From the NCBI RefSeq assembly GCF_902652985.1, contig NC_047033.1, positions 32,240,001 to 32,304,000 of the forward strand: a stretch of DNA of 64,000 nucleotides, given 5' to 3'. A program made the position numbers and the translations under genes. The notes under the pieces are model-generated. The model made no database searches. It was not told the origin of the DNA and was given only the letters and a program-made list of their open reading frames with translations. The DNA comes from Pecten maximus. Lineage: Eukaryota. This document shows, in pieces, positions 1-14,400 of the stretch. Each line of letters opens with the position of its first letter. Positions within the stretch are counted from its first letter, which is position 1.

Positions 1-908
1 GTTAAGGTGAAGGAAGTCCGGGGTTAAGGTGAAGGAAGTCCGGGGTTAAGGTGAAGGAAGTCCCCGGTTAAGGTAAAGGAAATCCAGGGTTAAGGTGAAG
101 GAAGTCAAGGGTTAAGGTGAAGGAAGTCCGGGGTTAAGGTGAGGGAAGTCCAGGGTTAAGGTGAAGGAAGTCCGGGGTTAAGGTGAAGGAAGTCCGTGGT
201 TAAGGTGAGGGAAGTCCAGGGTTAAGGTGAGGGAAGTCCAGGGTTAAGGTGAAGGAAGTCCGGGGTTAAGGTGAGGGAAGTCCAGGGTTAAGGTGAAGGA
301 AGTCCGGGGTTAAGGTGAGGGAAGTCCAGGGTTAAGGTGAAGGAAGTCCGGGGTTAAGGTGAAGGAAGTCCGGGGTTAAGGTGAGGGAAGTCCAGGGTTA
401 AGGTGAGGGAAGTCCAGGGTTAAGGTGAGGGAAGTCCAGGGTTAAGGTGAAGGAAGTCCGGGGTTAAGGTGAGGGAAGTCAAGGGTTAAGGTGAAGGAAG
501 TCCGGGGTTAAGGTGAGGGAAGTCCAGGGTTAAGGTGAAGGAAGTCCGGGGTTAAGGTGAAGGAAGTCCGGGGTTAAGGTGAAGGAAGTCTGGGGTTAAG
601 GTGAAGGATATCCGGGGTTAAGGTGAAGGAAGTCCGGGGTTAAGATGAAGGAAGTCCGGGGTTAAGGTGAAGGAAGTCTGGGGTTAAGGTGAAGGATATC
701 CGGGGTTAAGGTGAAGGAAGTCCGGGGTTAAGGTGAGGGAAGTCCAGGGTTAAGGTGAAGGAAGTCCGGGGTTAAGGTGAAGGAAGTCCGGGGTTAAGGT
801 GAAGGAAGTCTGGGGTTAAGGTGAAGGATATCCGGGGTTAAGGTGAAGGAAGTCCGGGGTTAAGGTGAAGGATATCTAGGGTGAAGGTGAAGGAAGGCTA
901 GGGTGAAG
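1..908. repeat. 22-bp G-rich minisatellite (GTTAAGGTGAAGGAAGTCCGGG), ~41 copies, runs off the window edge
   Basis: Period 22 read directly; degenerates near 880-908. Confidence 0.97.
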
Positions 909-1809
909 CCGCATGTAAAGTTATAAATACAAATTTGGCGAGTCGCTAGAATGGCCTCTGATAGAGGTTAAGCTTTGAATAGAAACTTGACTTGTCGCTG
1001 GTGTGGGCCCTGCTACAGAAAAAAACAATAAATGGAAATTGACGAGTCGCTGGTATGGGTTCTGCTACATGTAAATTACGTCCAGAAGCCATGCTAATTA
1101 TGTTTCAATTTTATCATTTTGTCTCTACACTAAAACGTCATTATGATAGATGGGTTTAGATAACCGAAACTTATTTGGAAATATATCAAAATTTATCTTA
1201 AAGTGCTGATAGAAATATTACAATATATCGGTACCTCTGTGAAAGAATTTTCAAATTTCTCCGACTCGGTGTGACGTGTTTGCCAATGTGTTACGTCATC
1301 GCTTTATTCCGAGACGCCTTCGTTTCCCGAGTGACCTGAAAACTTCCTTCTGTCTTGTCGATTGTACTATATAACGTTCTTTTCCACCTATTAACATCCA
1401 CCAATCATAGCAGAGTCCTGTTCTGTTATGGGGAATGTTTTGCATCAGAGCATGGATCTCTCTAGCCATAGACACGCCCATCACCCTAAGGCACGCCTAC
1501 CATCTTTGAGTGACCTTTCGACAGTCGCGCGGTATAGGTAAGACATCCAAATAGATCCACACGTTTCTGCTTTGTGTGGACAGTGCTTCAGCGTTCAACG
1601 TTTTGCTTACGTTTGAGGACTATTATATTACATCTTGTCATTTTTCCAAGATCTAATTAAATTAGCATCAATATATACAAATAATATGTAAGTTCATAAT
1701 TTAATTCATTTATTACAAATCTGCATAAATAGTCGAATCTGCGGATATTTTATATTAAAGTTAGCAGTTTTAAGTAGATTTTATCAATAATGTTTTGTTC
1801 TATTTACAG

Positions 1810-2400
1810 GTAGTCGAGAGGCAGATATCGCAGTTCTTTTCCACGTGGGACATAAAACAAAGCTGAGAGATTTGAACAAAAAGCTGAAAATATATCTTTC
1901 AAACTTATTTGCGAAAGCAAAAATTAGCCCAGATATGCTTCGCGTGGCACTGGTCAATTACGGTACAACGGCCAACGTGCTGTTTGATTTTAATGCACAT
2001 AGCAGAAAACCCCAGGTTCGAAGCGCAATCAAAACCACCATCAAAGGTAACTTACGGAAAAGTCGAGCAAATTTAGGCGAAGCTTTAAGCAAGATAAGGA
2101 CAGGTTTATTTGTGCCTGGCGCAGGGTCTCGGATAGACGAAGGAGTCCCTGCGGGTCTCATCATAGTTACCGACATGGTGTCCTCAAATGATGGATTTGA
2201 CTTTGAGCAGGAAATGACGTCACTAAAACAAATGGGTGTGGCGGTGTTTGGAGTCGGCATTGGTTCGAGCGACGTTCATGACGAGTTACGGCAGTTGACC
2301 TCAGATCCGACAAGCGATTATTTCCAAGCCTTTCAGACTTTTGGCGATTTGTTAACGGATGCTGCCCCGGTTAAAAATATAGTCAGTCGGGTGAGAGCTA
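1810..2400 (+). CDS. Exon: VWA1, Lys/Arg-rich, MIDAS degenerate (ADIAVLFHVGHK)
   Basis: tttacag| acceptor, A|gtaagt donor, 591 nt, phase 1-1; RVALVNYG, IIVTD and VFGVGIG motifs. Confidence 0.88.
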
Positions 2401-5400
2401 GTAAGTAATTTTACTTCCGGTTTTCCGCTCGGAGGTCAGCGGTGAGCTTAGAGTAGAATTAAAGTATAAATAAAGAGGGCTCTGGTAAGATAGATAATAT
2501 TGCTGTCTGGTAAACTAAAATGGCATAATTATTTTAATCATTTATCATTTCTATATTCAGGTGAAAGGTATAAGATGATAGGATTAAAAAAATTGATTAC
2601 CATGATTTTAAGATGCTAATTGATTAGGTAAATCCTAGAATAGTGGATAGTTGTCATATTGTAATTCAGGGGAGCACATTGTGTACTATTGGTTCATTAT
2701 ATTGTAATTCAGGGGAGCACATTGTGTACTATTGGTTCATTATATTGAAGTAAAAAAAAATCAGTTGTTAAATTATTCAGTTATAGAAAAATATAGAATA
2801 ATTATCAATAAAGAACAGTTTTTTTTTGGAAAACATTTTTAAAATGGAGAGTGTGAGGTATCAGATATAGATATACGATGTTTAGGACTATTGGTAGTGT
2901 GGGGTATCAGATATAGATATACGATGTTTAGGACTATTGGTAGTGTGGGGTATCAGATATAGATATACGATGTTTAGGACTATTGGTAGTGTGGGGTATC
3001 AGATATAGATATACAATGTTTAGGACTATTGGTAGTTTGGGGTATCAGATATAGATATACAATGTTTAGGACTATTGGTAGTGTGGGGTATCAGATATAG
3101 ATATACGATGTTTAGGACTATTGGTAGTGTGGGGTATCAGATATAGATATACGATGTTTAGGACTATTGGTAGTGTGGGGTATCAGATATAGAGGATATA
3201 CAATGTTTAGGACTATTGGTAGTTTGGGGTATCAGATATAGATATACAATGTTTAGGACTATTGGTAGTGTGGGGTATCAGATATAGATATACAATGTTT
3301 AGGACTATTGGTAGTGTGGGGTATCAGATATAGATATACGATGTTTAGGACTATTGGTAGTGTGGGGTATCAGATATAGATATACGATGTTTAGGACTAT
3401 TGGTAGTGTGGGGTATCAGATATAGATATACGATATTTAGGACTATTGGTAGTGTGGGGTATCAGATATAGATATACGATGTTTAGGACTATTGGTAGTG
3501 TGTGGTATCAGATATAGATATACAATGTTTAAGACTATTGGTAGTGTGGGGTATCAGATATAGATATACGATGTTTAGGACTATTGGTAGTGTGGGGTAT
3601 CAGATATAGATATACGATGTTTAGGACTATTGGTAGTGTAGGGTATCAGATATAGATATACGATGTTTAGGACTATTGGTAGTGTGGGGTATCAGATATA
3701 GATATACGATGTTTAGGACTATTGGTAGTGTGGGGTATCAGATATAGATATACGATGTTTAGGACTATTGGTAGTGTGGGGTATCAGATATAGATATACG
3801 ATGTTTAGGACTATTGGTAGTGTGGGGTATCAGATATAGATATACGATGTTTAGGACTATTGGTAGTGTGGGGTATCAGATATAGAGGATATACAATGTT
3901 TAGGACTATTGGTAGTGTGAGGTATCAGATATAGATATACGATGTTTAGGACTATTGGTAGTGTGGGGTATCAGATATAGAGGATATACGATGTTTAGGA
4001 CTATTGGTAGTGTGGGGTATCAGATATAGAGGATATACGATGTTTAGGACTATTGGTAGTGTGGGGTATCAGATATAGATATACGATGTTTAGGACTATT
4101 GGTAGTGTGTGGTATCAGATAAAGATATACGATGTTTAGGACTATTGGTAGTGTGGGGTATCAGATATAGATATACGATGTTTAGGACTATTGGTAGTGT
4201 GAGGTATCAGATATAGATATACGATGTTTAGGACTATTGGTAGTGTGGGGTATCAGATATAGATATACGATGTTTAGGACTATTGGTAGTGTGAGGGTAT
4301 CAGATATAGATATACGATGTTTAGGACTATTGGTAGTGTGGGGTATCAGATATAGATATACGATGTTTAGGACTATTGGTAGTGTGGGGTATCAGATATA
4401 GATATACGATGTTTAGGACTATTGGTAGTGTGGGGTATCAGATATAGATATACGATGTTTAGGACTATTGGTAGTGTGAGGTATCAGATATAGATATACG
4501 ATGTTTAGGACTATTGGTAGTGTGGGGTATCAGATATAGATATACGATGTTTAGGACTATTGGTAGTGTGGGGTATCAGATATAGATATACGATGTTTAG
4601 GACTATTGGTAGTGTGAGGGTATCAGATATAGATATACGATGTTTAGGACTATTGGTAGTGTGGGGTATCAGATATAGATATACGATGTTTAGGACTATT
4701 GGTAGTGTGGGGTATCAGATATAGATATACGATGTTTAGGACTATTGGTAGTGTGGGTTATCAGATATAGATATACAATGTTTAGGACTATTGGTAGTGT
4801 GGGGTATCAGATATAGATATACAATGTTTAGGACTATTGGTAGTGTGGGGTATCAGATATAGATATACGATGTTTAGGACTATTGGTAGTGTAGGGTATC
4901 AGATATAGAGGATATACGATGTTTAGGACTATTGGTAGTGTGGGGTATCTGATACGGAGTGCAAGGTATAGTCTTATTGCTATATATGGTATAAGTATGT
5001 TAGAAAATACCAAATCCATATTTGTAACTACATACACACCTTGTAAATAGTGGGAGGAAAATTTAAACGTCAACCCCCGACTACGGCCCCAGCTCTAAGC
5101 AGTAAGTAAAGCTACGCATGCGCAAAAATTTTAACAACACAAGACCCAGTGTTGTATGCACGGCATTTTCCCGTCGGTTTATGTTACCTGTAATTTCAGT
5201 CATTTGCTTTTTTATTTTGTTGACATGCGTTAATGATTTGTTCTCTCTCTGGTTTACACTGTAAATAATGTTCACCTCATCAGATGCATGGGAATATGTG
5301 CACGATATTGAAATATCTTTGTAGTAATGGATCTATTATTTCTCTGATCAAGACCATACTCATATCCGATATAAATAGGAAAATAACAATAATGGTAATC

Positions 5401-8400
5401 CTTTGTAACTATATACGGAATAAACAATATCGCTATCACTTACTACGACACATGGGATAATACATATACTCGTTAATACCCGGTTACTTTACACTGCATA
5501 CATGATCACATACATAATCGTTAAGACTAGGGGATACTTTATATAATTGATAATGCATTGTTACTATATATTGGGTAACATGTTTCATTACAAATACTTT
5601 GTTACTTTATAGGGGATAACACATGATTGTCAATACCCTGTTACTTTATATTTGATAATATATATACTCGTTAATTCCTTGTTACTATATAGGGGACAAT
5701 ACACATTATCATGATTAATTGTTACTATATAGGGAAAAACAATCGTCGTTAACACATTGTTACTATATAGGGAATAACAAACGTCGTTAACACATTGTTA
5801 CTATATAGGGAATAACAAACGTCGTTAACACATTGTTACTATATAGGGAATAACAAACGTCGTTAACACATTGTTACTATATAGGGAATAACAAACGTCG
5901 TTAACACATTGTTACTATATAGGGAATAACAAACGTCGTTAACACATTGTTATATATATAGGGAATAACAAACGTCGTTAACACATTGTTACTATATAGG
6001 GAATAACAAACGTCGTTAACACATTGTTACTATATAGGGAATAACAAACGTCGTTAACACATTGTTACTATATAGGGAATAACAAACGTCGTTAACACAT
6101 TGTTACTATATAGGGAATAACAAACGTCGTTAACACATTGTTACTATATAGGGAATAACAAAGTCGTTAACACATTGTTACTATATAGGGAATAACAAAC
6201 GTCGTTTACACATTGTTACTATATAGGGAATAACAGACGTCGTTAACACATTGTTACTATATAGGGAATAACAAACGTCGTTAACACATTGTTACTATAT
6301 AGGGTATAACAAACGTCGTTAACATATTGTTACTATATAGGGAATAACAAACGTCGTTAACACATTGTTACTATATAGGGTATAACAAACGTCGTTAACA
6401 TATTGTTACTATATAGGGAATAACAAACGTCGTTAACACATTGTTACTATATAGGGAATAACACACGTCGTTAACACACTGTTACTATATAGGGAATAAC
6501 AAACGTCGTTAACACATTGTTACTATATAGGGAATAACAAACGTCGTTAACATATTGTTACTATATAGGGAATAACAAACGTCGTTAACATATTGTTACT
6601 ATATACAGGGAATAACAAACGTCGTTAACACATTGTTACTATATAGGGAATAACAAACGTCGTTAACACATTGTTACTATATAGGGAATAACACACGTCG
6701 TTAACACACTGTTACTATATAGGGAATAACAAACGTCGTTAACATATTGTTACTATATAGGGAATAACAAACGTCGTTAACATATTGTTATTATATAGGG
6801 AATAACAAACGTCGTTAACACATTGTTACTATATAGGGAATAACAAACGTCGTTAACACATTGTTACTATATAGGGAATAACACACGTCGTTAACACACT
6901 GTTACTATATAGGGAATAACAAACGTCGTTAACACATTGTTACTATATAGGGAATAACAAACGTCGTTAACATATTGTTACTATATAGGGAATAACAAAC
7001 GTCGTTAACACATTGTTACTATATAGGGAATAACACAGGTCGTTAACACACTGTTACTATATAGGGAATAACAAACGTCGTTAACACATTGTTACTATAT
7101 AGGGAATAACAAACGTCGTTAACATATTGTTACTATATAGGGAATAACAAACGTCGTTAACATATTGTTACTATATAGGGAATAACAAACGTCGTTAACA
7201 CATTGTTACTATATAGGGAATAACACACGTCGTTAACACACTGTTACTATATAGGGAATAACAAACGTCGTTAACACATTGTTACTATATAGGGAATAAC
7301 AAACGTCGTTAACATATTGTTACTATATAGGGAATAACAAACGTCGTTAACATATTGTTACTGTATAGGGAATAACAAACGTCGTTAACATATTGTTACT
7401 ATATAGGGAATAACAAACGTCGTTAACATATTGTTACTATATACAGGGAATAACAAACGTCGTTAACACATTGTTACTATATAGGGAATAACAAACGTCG
7501 TTAACACATTGTTACTATATAGGGAATAACAAACGTCGTTAACACATGTTACTATAGAGGGAAGGGAAGGTTATCAATAATCTGAAACAACAAATTATAT
7601 TTTAATCATGTTTCTTCACGAAGCACTCACGGTGTTAGTTCTCCTTGTTATCACGGGTTTTGTTTTGTCCAGTTCGTATCCAGTCTATCTGTTGAATGTA
7701 TATTTTCCACACAAGGAATATTAACAAACTTTAGAATCACACACGTTAATTTACATTCAGGGTTACTTTCACTTTCCATACATTAAAATACATTTCACCT
7801 GACAACTTATAGGTTTCTTAGCTTTTAAAGGGATCGTTAACTCGCCCAAGTATACCTGTGGGTACTATAACTTGGAATGGTTATGAGATATATTGCTATA
7901 TAACATTTTGTTGTTCTGTGCCATTACTATCCAGAATTGTTCAAATTGTAGGTCTTTGTATATCTTTTAATTCCTCTCCAAATCTAATTTACGACTTCAT
8001 AGGAATTACTCTGGGTATGCCTCGTTTCTTTTTTATCATGTCGTATGACGTCATAAAGTGGCATGGCGTATATGCTGTATGACGTCATGACGTGTTAATG
8101 TCATACCCTGTTTTCTAGATATAACTCGATACTCAGTGATAAGGCATTAAGACGAAAACTGTCACCGAATACAAAATATACTTTTATAGTCATCGGTTAA
8201 AATTATATTTTTATTTATACAGTCATCGGTTCAAATGTTTTATTAACCTCTATAGTCATCGGTTAAAATGTTTTATTAACCTATAGTCAGCGGTTAAAAT
8301 GTTTTATTAACCTCTGTAGTCAGCGGTTAAAATGGTTGTATTATTTCTGTAGTCAGCGGTTAAAATGATTTTATTGTTTCTATAGTCATCGGTTAAAATG

Positions 8401-11400
8401 ATTTTATTATTTCTATAGTCAGCGGTTAAAATGATTTTCTTATTTCTATAGTCAGCGGATAAAATTATTTTATTATATCTATAATCATCGGTTAAAATGA
8501 TTTATTAACCTCTATAGTCAGCGGTTAAAATTATTTATTAACCTTTGTAGTCAGCGTTGAAAATGATTTTATTATTTCTGTAGTCAGCGGATAACATGAT
8601 TTTATTATTTCTGTAGTCAGCGGATAACATGATTTTATTATTTCTGTAGTCAGCGGATAAAATGATTTTATTATTTCTATAGTCAGCGGATAAAATAATT
8701 TATTATTTCTATAGTCAGCGGTTTAAATGATTGCTGTTCTATAATGTTGAAAACACATACATACATATCTAAACACTGCATCAGTTTTAAATCTATGTCA
8801 AATTCGTTTCATTCTGATGACGTATATGGAAATATTTTCATTCCTACACTTTGCCTTGTATATTGATTCGTGTTCTGTTATTGTTCATTTTGTTTTTATC
8901 TATGTTGTGCAGATTGCTTTTTGTCATATGTATCACGTGAGCATGACACAAATTGCATGCATAAAAACAAAACCAAATTATCACTTAATCAAAACAAATG
9001 GGTAAAATGGAAATTTTGTTTCAGAATATAGAAAATTTCAAATTGCCCTAGTTTTCCGTTCTGGATTAACAACCTCTCCCAGTGACTACTATACTCATCT
9101 TCTCCCATTCATGGCGAGATTTCTGGAAGAGAAATTCATTCAGAAAATCGATATTGAAATAGCATTGATAAACTATGGGGCCGCAGTAAATCAACTGTTT
9201 GGATTCAAAGAAATCAGCAGTTTGGAAGAAATGCAGACAATAATTTTAACCGCACCAGACAAACTGCAGTCAAAGTTTGCGAGATTTGGAGATGTCCTTC
9301 AACATCTCGATTTGCGTATTTTCAACAACGTGTCCAGTGATACATCCAAACACGTAATATTTATTACGGACAAAGTCTACGATAATCTGAACTTGAAAGT
9401 GAAAAACGGGTTAATAAGGTTAAAAAGGAAAGGGATAAAATATCATTGGGTGCTGATTGGTGGAGAAAGCAATGTGAGTACCCCGGGGGATACATACCTT
9501 ATAAACGACTACCCGAGTCTCACTCACAACTATGACGTCATAGATGATATCACAACAGACATTGCTCTCGGTGAGTATTATTTCTGTTTTTTTTATTGGT
9601 CCATTTTGTTGCGAAGGATTGACATAGATATAATATGTTAAGTAATCAAAGAAAATTGTGGAGTTTGACATTTTGAATTTAATTTTAGTTTATGCATTTA
9701 TTGTGGATGTGTTTTTTTTGACAAGAATAAACATTATTATTTTAGATACGATAACTATAAAATGCATTATATAAACGAATATTTTCATATTTAAATTTTA
9801 TTCCTTTGCAGATGATAGTGAATATTCTGAAGCCTTGGTACCAAAGACAATTCCAAGTGAAACAGGAACACTGCAAAGTATGTATGTTTAATAAACATAT
9901 CAATATATCAGTCTATATCTGTAAGAGCAAAATAAATCAGTTTAGCCTCTAGCGAAGCTGATTAGATACGACAGCTATTCTGGTGATATTTTAGGGGCCC
10001 TTTAATCTGCTATATAATTAATGATTAACAGTACTCACACATAGAGTATCTGTTGTCACCTGTTTTGGTCATTCTACTGTAGTATACACTTATAGCGTCT
10101 GACATCACAAATGATAAGGTCACTCTGACGTCACACATATCTTCCGTCATTGGAATGTCTCATTTGTGAAAATGTATAACATACTATTCGAAGTTCGCGT
10201 GCTATATATGATATAAACAAGAAGATTGATTTCCCGATCAAGTATTAGACCGATAGTATAATCCAGGTCTATTTTTTCTAGACTTCACATAGCTTATTAT
10301 ATATATAATTTGTCACATAGCTTGTTATATAGATAATTTGTCACATAGCTTGTTATATAGATAATTTGTCACATAGCTTGTTATATAGATAATTTGTCAC
10401 ATAGCTTGTTATATAGATAATTTGTCACATAGCTTTTATATAGATAATTTGTCATCCTCCTAAAAGTGCATCAAATCAATGACCACTTAAATAGTGACCT
10501 AATGATTTATTTGTGTGCTACATTCACCCGTGTATCATTTCAGACTCACAACAAACAAAGATCATCATAGCGTTTCGTTCTGGAAGTTCTACCTCGCCTC
10601 CAGAGTTCTTCAAAAAGCTGTTGCCTTTCATTAATTCATTCATCGATAGAAACGTTCTGTCCGAAGCCAACACAGACATCGCTGTAGTGAACTATGGGAA
10701 AGCTGTTAATCTAGTCTTCGGATTCCAACAGTTGAGCTTTGATGAGATGATGGACGCTGTGAGCGGAATAACAAAAAAGTACAGGAGTAAATTCTCGCGT
10801 TTTCCGTTGGTCATTGAATACATAAACCAGGAGATGTTGGTGCCACCGGCGGTAGCAGATACAGACGTCAGACATGTGATATTCATCGCAGATCAGCTTT
10901 ATGAGAAGTTAGATTCTGGTATTAGGAAGGGAATAGAACATTTAGAGACTAGGGGTATCCACACACATTGGGTACTTATAGGCGATAACAGTGCTATACC
11001 TACCACCAGTGTAGCCTATAAGGTGGCAGACTATGAGGAACTACGCATGCGTCAAGATATATCAGTTCAGATCCTTTCTGATATCACACAAGGTAGGATA
11101 TTAACTCTCCTACTATCTATTGGTTGTGTCGCCCTTGTAGGTGTACACGATGTCTCTGTCAACCCTTCTTTATCATTGACATTTGACTATGTCACCCGTG
11201 AAAAATCATTGCATTTTACACATACCTCATTTTCCTATCAGTATTTTTGGATTTGTTTATCCATCTGTACATATACTTAAGATAATAATTGTCATTTCAC
11301 CGTATTATATACACACATTATTTATTCGATTGCAGGAAAGAGTTATGCAAAGGACGTCAATGGAATCCCAACGCAACCGGAAGTGATGACACTAGCACCA

Positions 11401-14400
11401 GACTCAAGTCAGGGTTAGTACTGTTTGTACTGTTTGTACTGTTGGTACTGTTTGTTTGTATGCACATTAGATATGCATTTCGCGATGGACAAATCTTCCT
11501 TCCTTCCTTCCTTCCTTCCTTCCTTCCTTCCTTCCTTCCTTCCTTCCTTCCTTCCTTCCTTCCAAAGACATTCATTCATTTCTTCATATATTTTTTCATT
11601 CATTCATTCGTTCATTGCACTTATGCAAATATGTCATATATTACAGACACTACCTTCGAGGATAACACTGACGGTCATACTACTGAGATACCGAACATTC
11701 CTGTAATAGAACCAGCCACAGGTATTGTTATTAACCCCCATTTTAGGATCATACAATGGGGACAGCAGGCTTATTTACGAAGATCAGAATTAACGAATTA
11801 ATTGATTAATTGACAGGATAACGCAATGTTGGATTTGCGATTAAGATATTTTGGACGTAGAAAGGAGGAAAAGCAAGGCATATGTGTATATAATTGATAC
11901 ATACGTAGATTTTACAATACACAATTAGAACGTTATTATACTCGACATATTTATTCATGGTATGATGTGTATATTGTTGTTCAAAATGAAAGAAAGTTGG
12001 TGAGCTTATTTGATTATTGTGTTCAAATAAAATATTGCGTTGAAATTGATATCGTTTTTTTGGCAATATGCGAAATTCAATTCGCATAAACAGTTATAAT
12101 GAAAAACAACTCCTGTTTGTTTTGCAGAAGAAAGAAATATAAAAGTGGTAATAGTATTCCGTACCGGAAGTGGAACGTCTCCTAAAGACTTCTATCGCCA
12201 TCTCCTTCCGTTTATCGACAGCTTTCTGTTTGAGAGTGCTGCCATGCCTGATGTCAATATGGAGTTCTCGGTCATCAATTACGGAAAAACTGTTACTAAA
12301 GTAATCGGATTCAAAGATCATGACCTAGAAGAGTTGCATGGAATTATCCTGGGAATATCGAAGAAGTATAGAACTAAATTTGCAAGATTTCAAAACCTTC
12401 TTGAATTTCTGAGACAATCTGTTTTTACACCCAATAATGTGTTACCAGATGATGAGAAGCATGTTATCTTCATAACAGATAAGTTATTTGACAGTATGGA
12501 CGACAGCATTGAGAGAGGAATAGATGACCTTGAGACAAGCGGTGTAATGACCCACTGGGTTACCATAGGAACACAACCGACAATACCTACCAGAGGTCAC
12601 GTGTATTCGACACAAACATACAGTGGTCTATCAGATTACGATGTATTTGCAGCTAATTTCAAGATATTGGCCGATATATTAACAGGTATTTTTGTTATGG
12701 TGTAAACTGAAGTCAGTTGATAATGCATAAATATCATTTGCTTTGACATTCTTTCATACTCATTTTAATCATTTATTCACCCGTGTGTATTCATCGAGAA
12801 ATAATGCTCATTCAATATTTTTTTTTTTGTCAATTCGACCAAGGACATATGCCGATAACTTATAACGAACAATCTCGTCCATTTAAATGTTTGTAAGCCA
12901 TACAAAGTTAACATGTTTATATTTGATGAGTGTTGCCAGTATGAGTATTGTTAAAATCAATGATAGAAGAAGTCATCTGAACTATATTGAATCGGAGGGA
13001 CTTGCTCTGAAAGACAAATAATCTTAATTTTAGGATTCATTCACATCAAATATTTATAAAAACAGATGTAGGAAATAGCTTTAAATCCCCCCTTAACGTT
13101 AATTTGTTGATAATTTCCTAAAATTACCTTATACGCTACAAGTTAACGGCCAGCAGCCACATCAACTAGAGACTGTCTTCATTAAAACATATGTTGTTAT
13201 ATGTATTGAAATCAATTCATAATACGATTTTTCTCTCTTTTTTAAAATGTTTTTTCTTTCTTTTATTTTCCATATTTATTTGTTAGAACCAGGAGCGAGA
13301 TATCAAACCTTTCCAACGACAACAATGACAGACCCCACCACAATCCCTGTGATGACAACAAAAGGCATGTACATCTCCTAATATCACTGGAAACACCCTA
13401 TGGTTGATTGAAAATCTAATTTCTTAAATTATAAACAATACTAAATCTTAAAAGATTAATTTTAAAAATAATTACGATATTGCAAAGTCAAATAAAATAT
13501 AAACGTTTCTTAGCTTTTTACGCATACACAATTGATATGAGGTCTGTGGATAAGTTGATGATACTAGCATATTTTTAAAACAATTCTTATTGTTATATAC
13601 AGAAACCAGGTACGCCAAGATTGTTGTAGTGTTTCGATCCGGGAGTTCCACTTCGCCACAGGACTACTTTCAACACCTCCTGCCTTTTATTGATACGTTT
13701 GTTAACAATGTGTATACTGACCAGGTTCAGGCCGAGTATTCTGTGATTAATTACGGTAAAAGTGTGTCACAGTTATTCGGATTTAAAGACTTTGACGCGT
13801 CAGAACTACAATCTATCATACTAGGAATGTCGAAGAAATACAGAACAAAGTTTGCCAGATTCCAGCAGCTTCTGACGTTTCTGCGCCAGTCTGTGTTTGT
13901 ACCGAGCCAGGTGACGGAGAGCGATGAAAAACATGTGATTTTCATAACAGATAAAATATATGATAGGATGGATGATGATCTCCGTAATCAACTTCGTGAC
14001 CTTGAGGACGGCGGTGTCACTACACACTGGGTGTTGATTGGTCAGGGCCAGGATATACCTACGCAAGGGAAAAAGTACTACATAACAGATTATCCGGAAC
14101 TGTCGGACACGACCGACATTCCAGTGCCTTACAAAATCCTTACAGACATACAGTATAATCGTAAGTCTATTTTATCTCGGTATATCTACATTGATTGTTT
14201 TTATAGTTATCACAAATTATACACCCTATGAATATATCTTTGTTAAATTATAGAGACTGTTAATGTACATTAAATGTCGAATGTTAACATGTGATGATGC
14301 GCTTCAATACCTACTAGTTTATCATAGAAATGACATTTGGTATATAAATACGGAATTTCATTGTACACTTAAGATGTATTGCACATCTTATAATGAATGT

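Noticed and set aside
2851-7560. CRISPR-like appearance of the regular repeats
   Set aside because: Head-to-tail units with no unique spacers, no cas genes, eukaryotic intron context
11289-11801. ORFs with LPSF/GRKE repeats
   Set aside because: Produced by the (TTCC)n microsatellite; only the two short linker exons inside are credible
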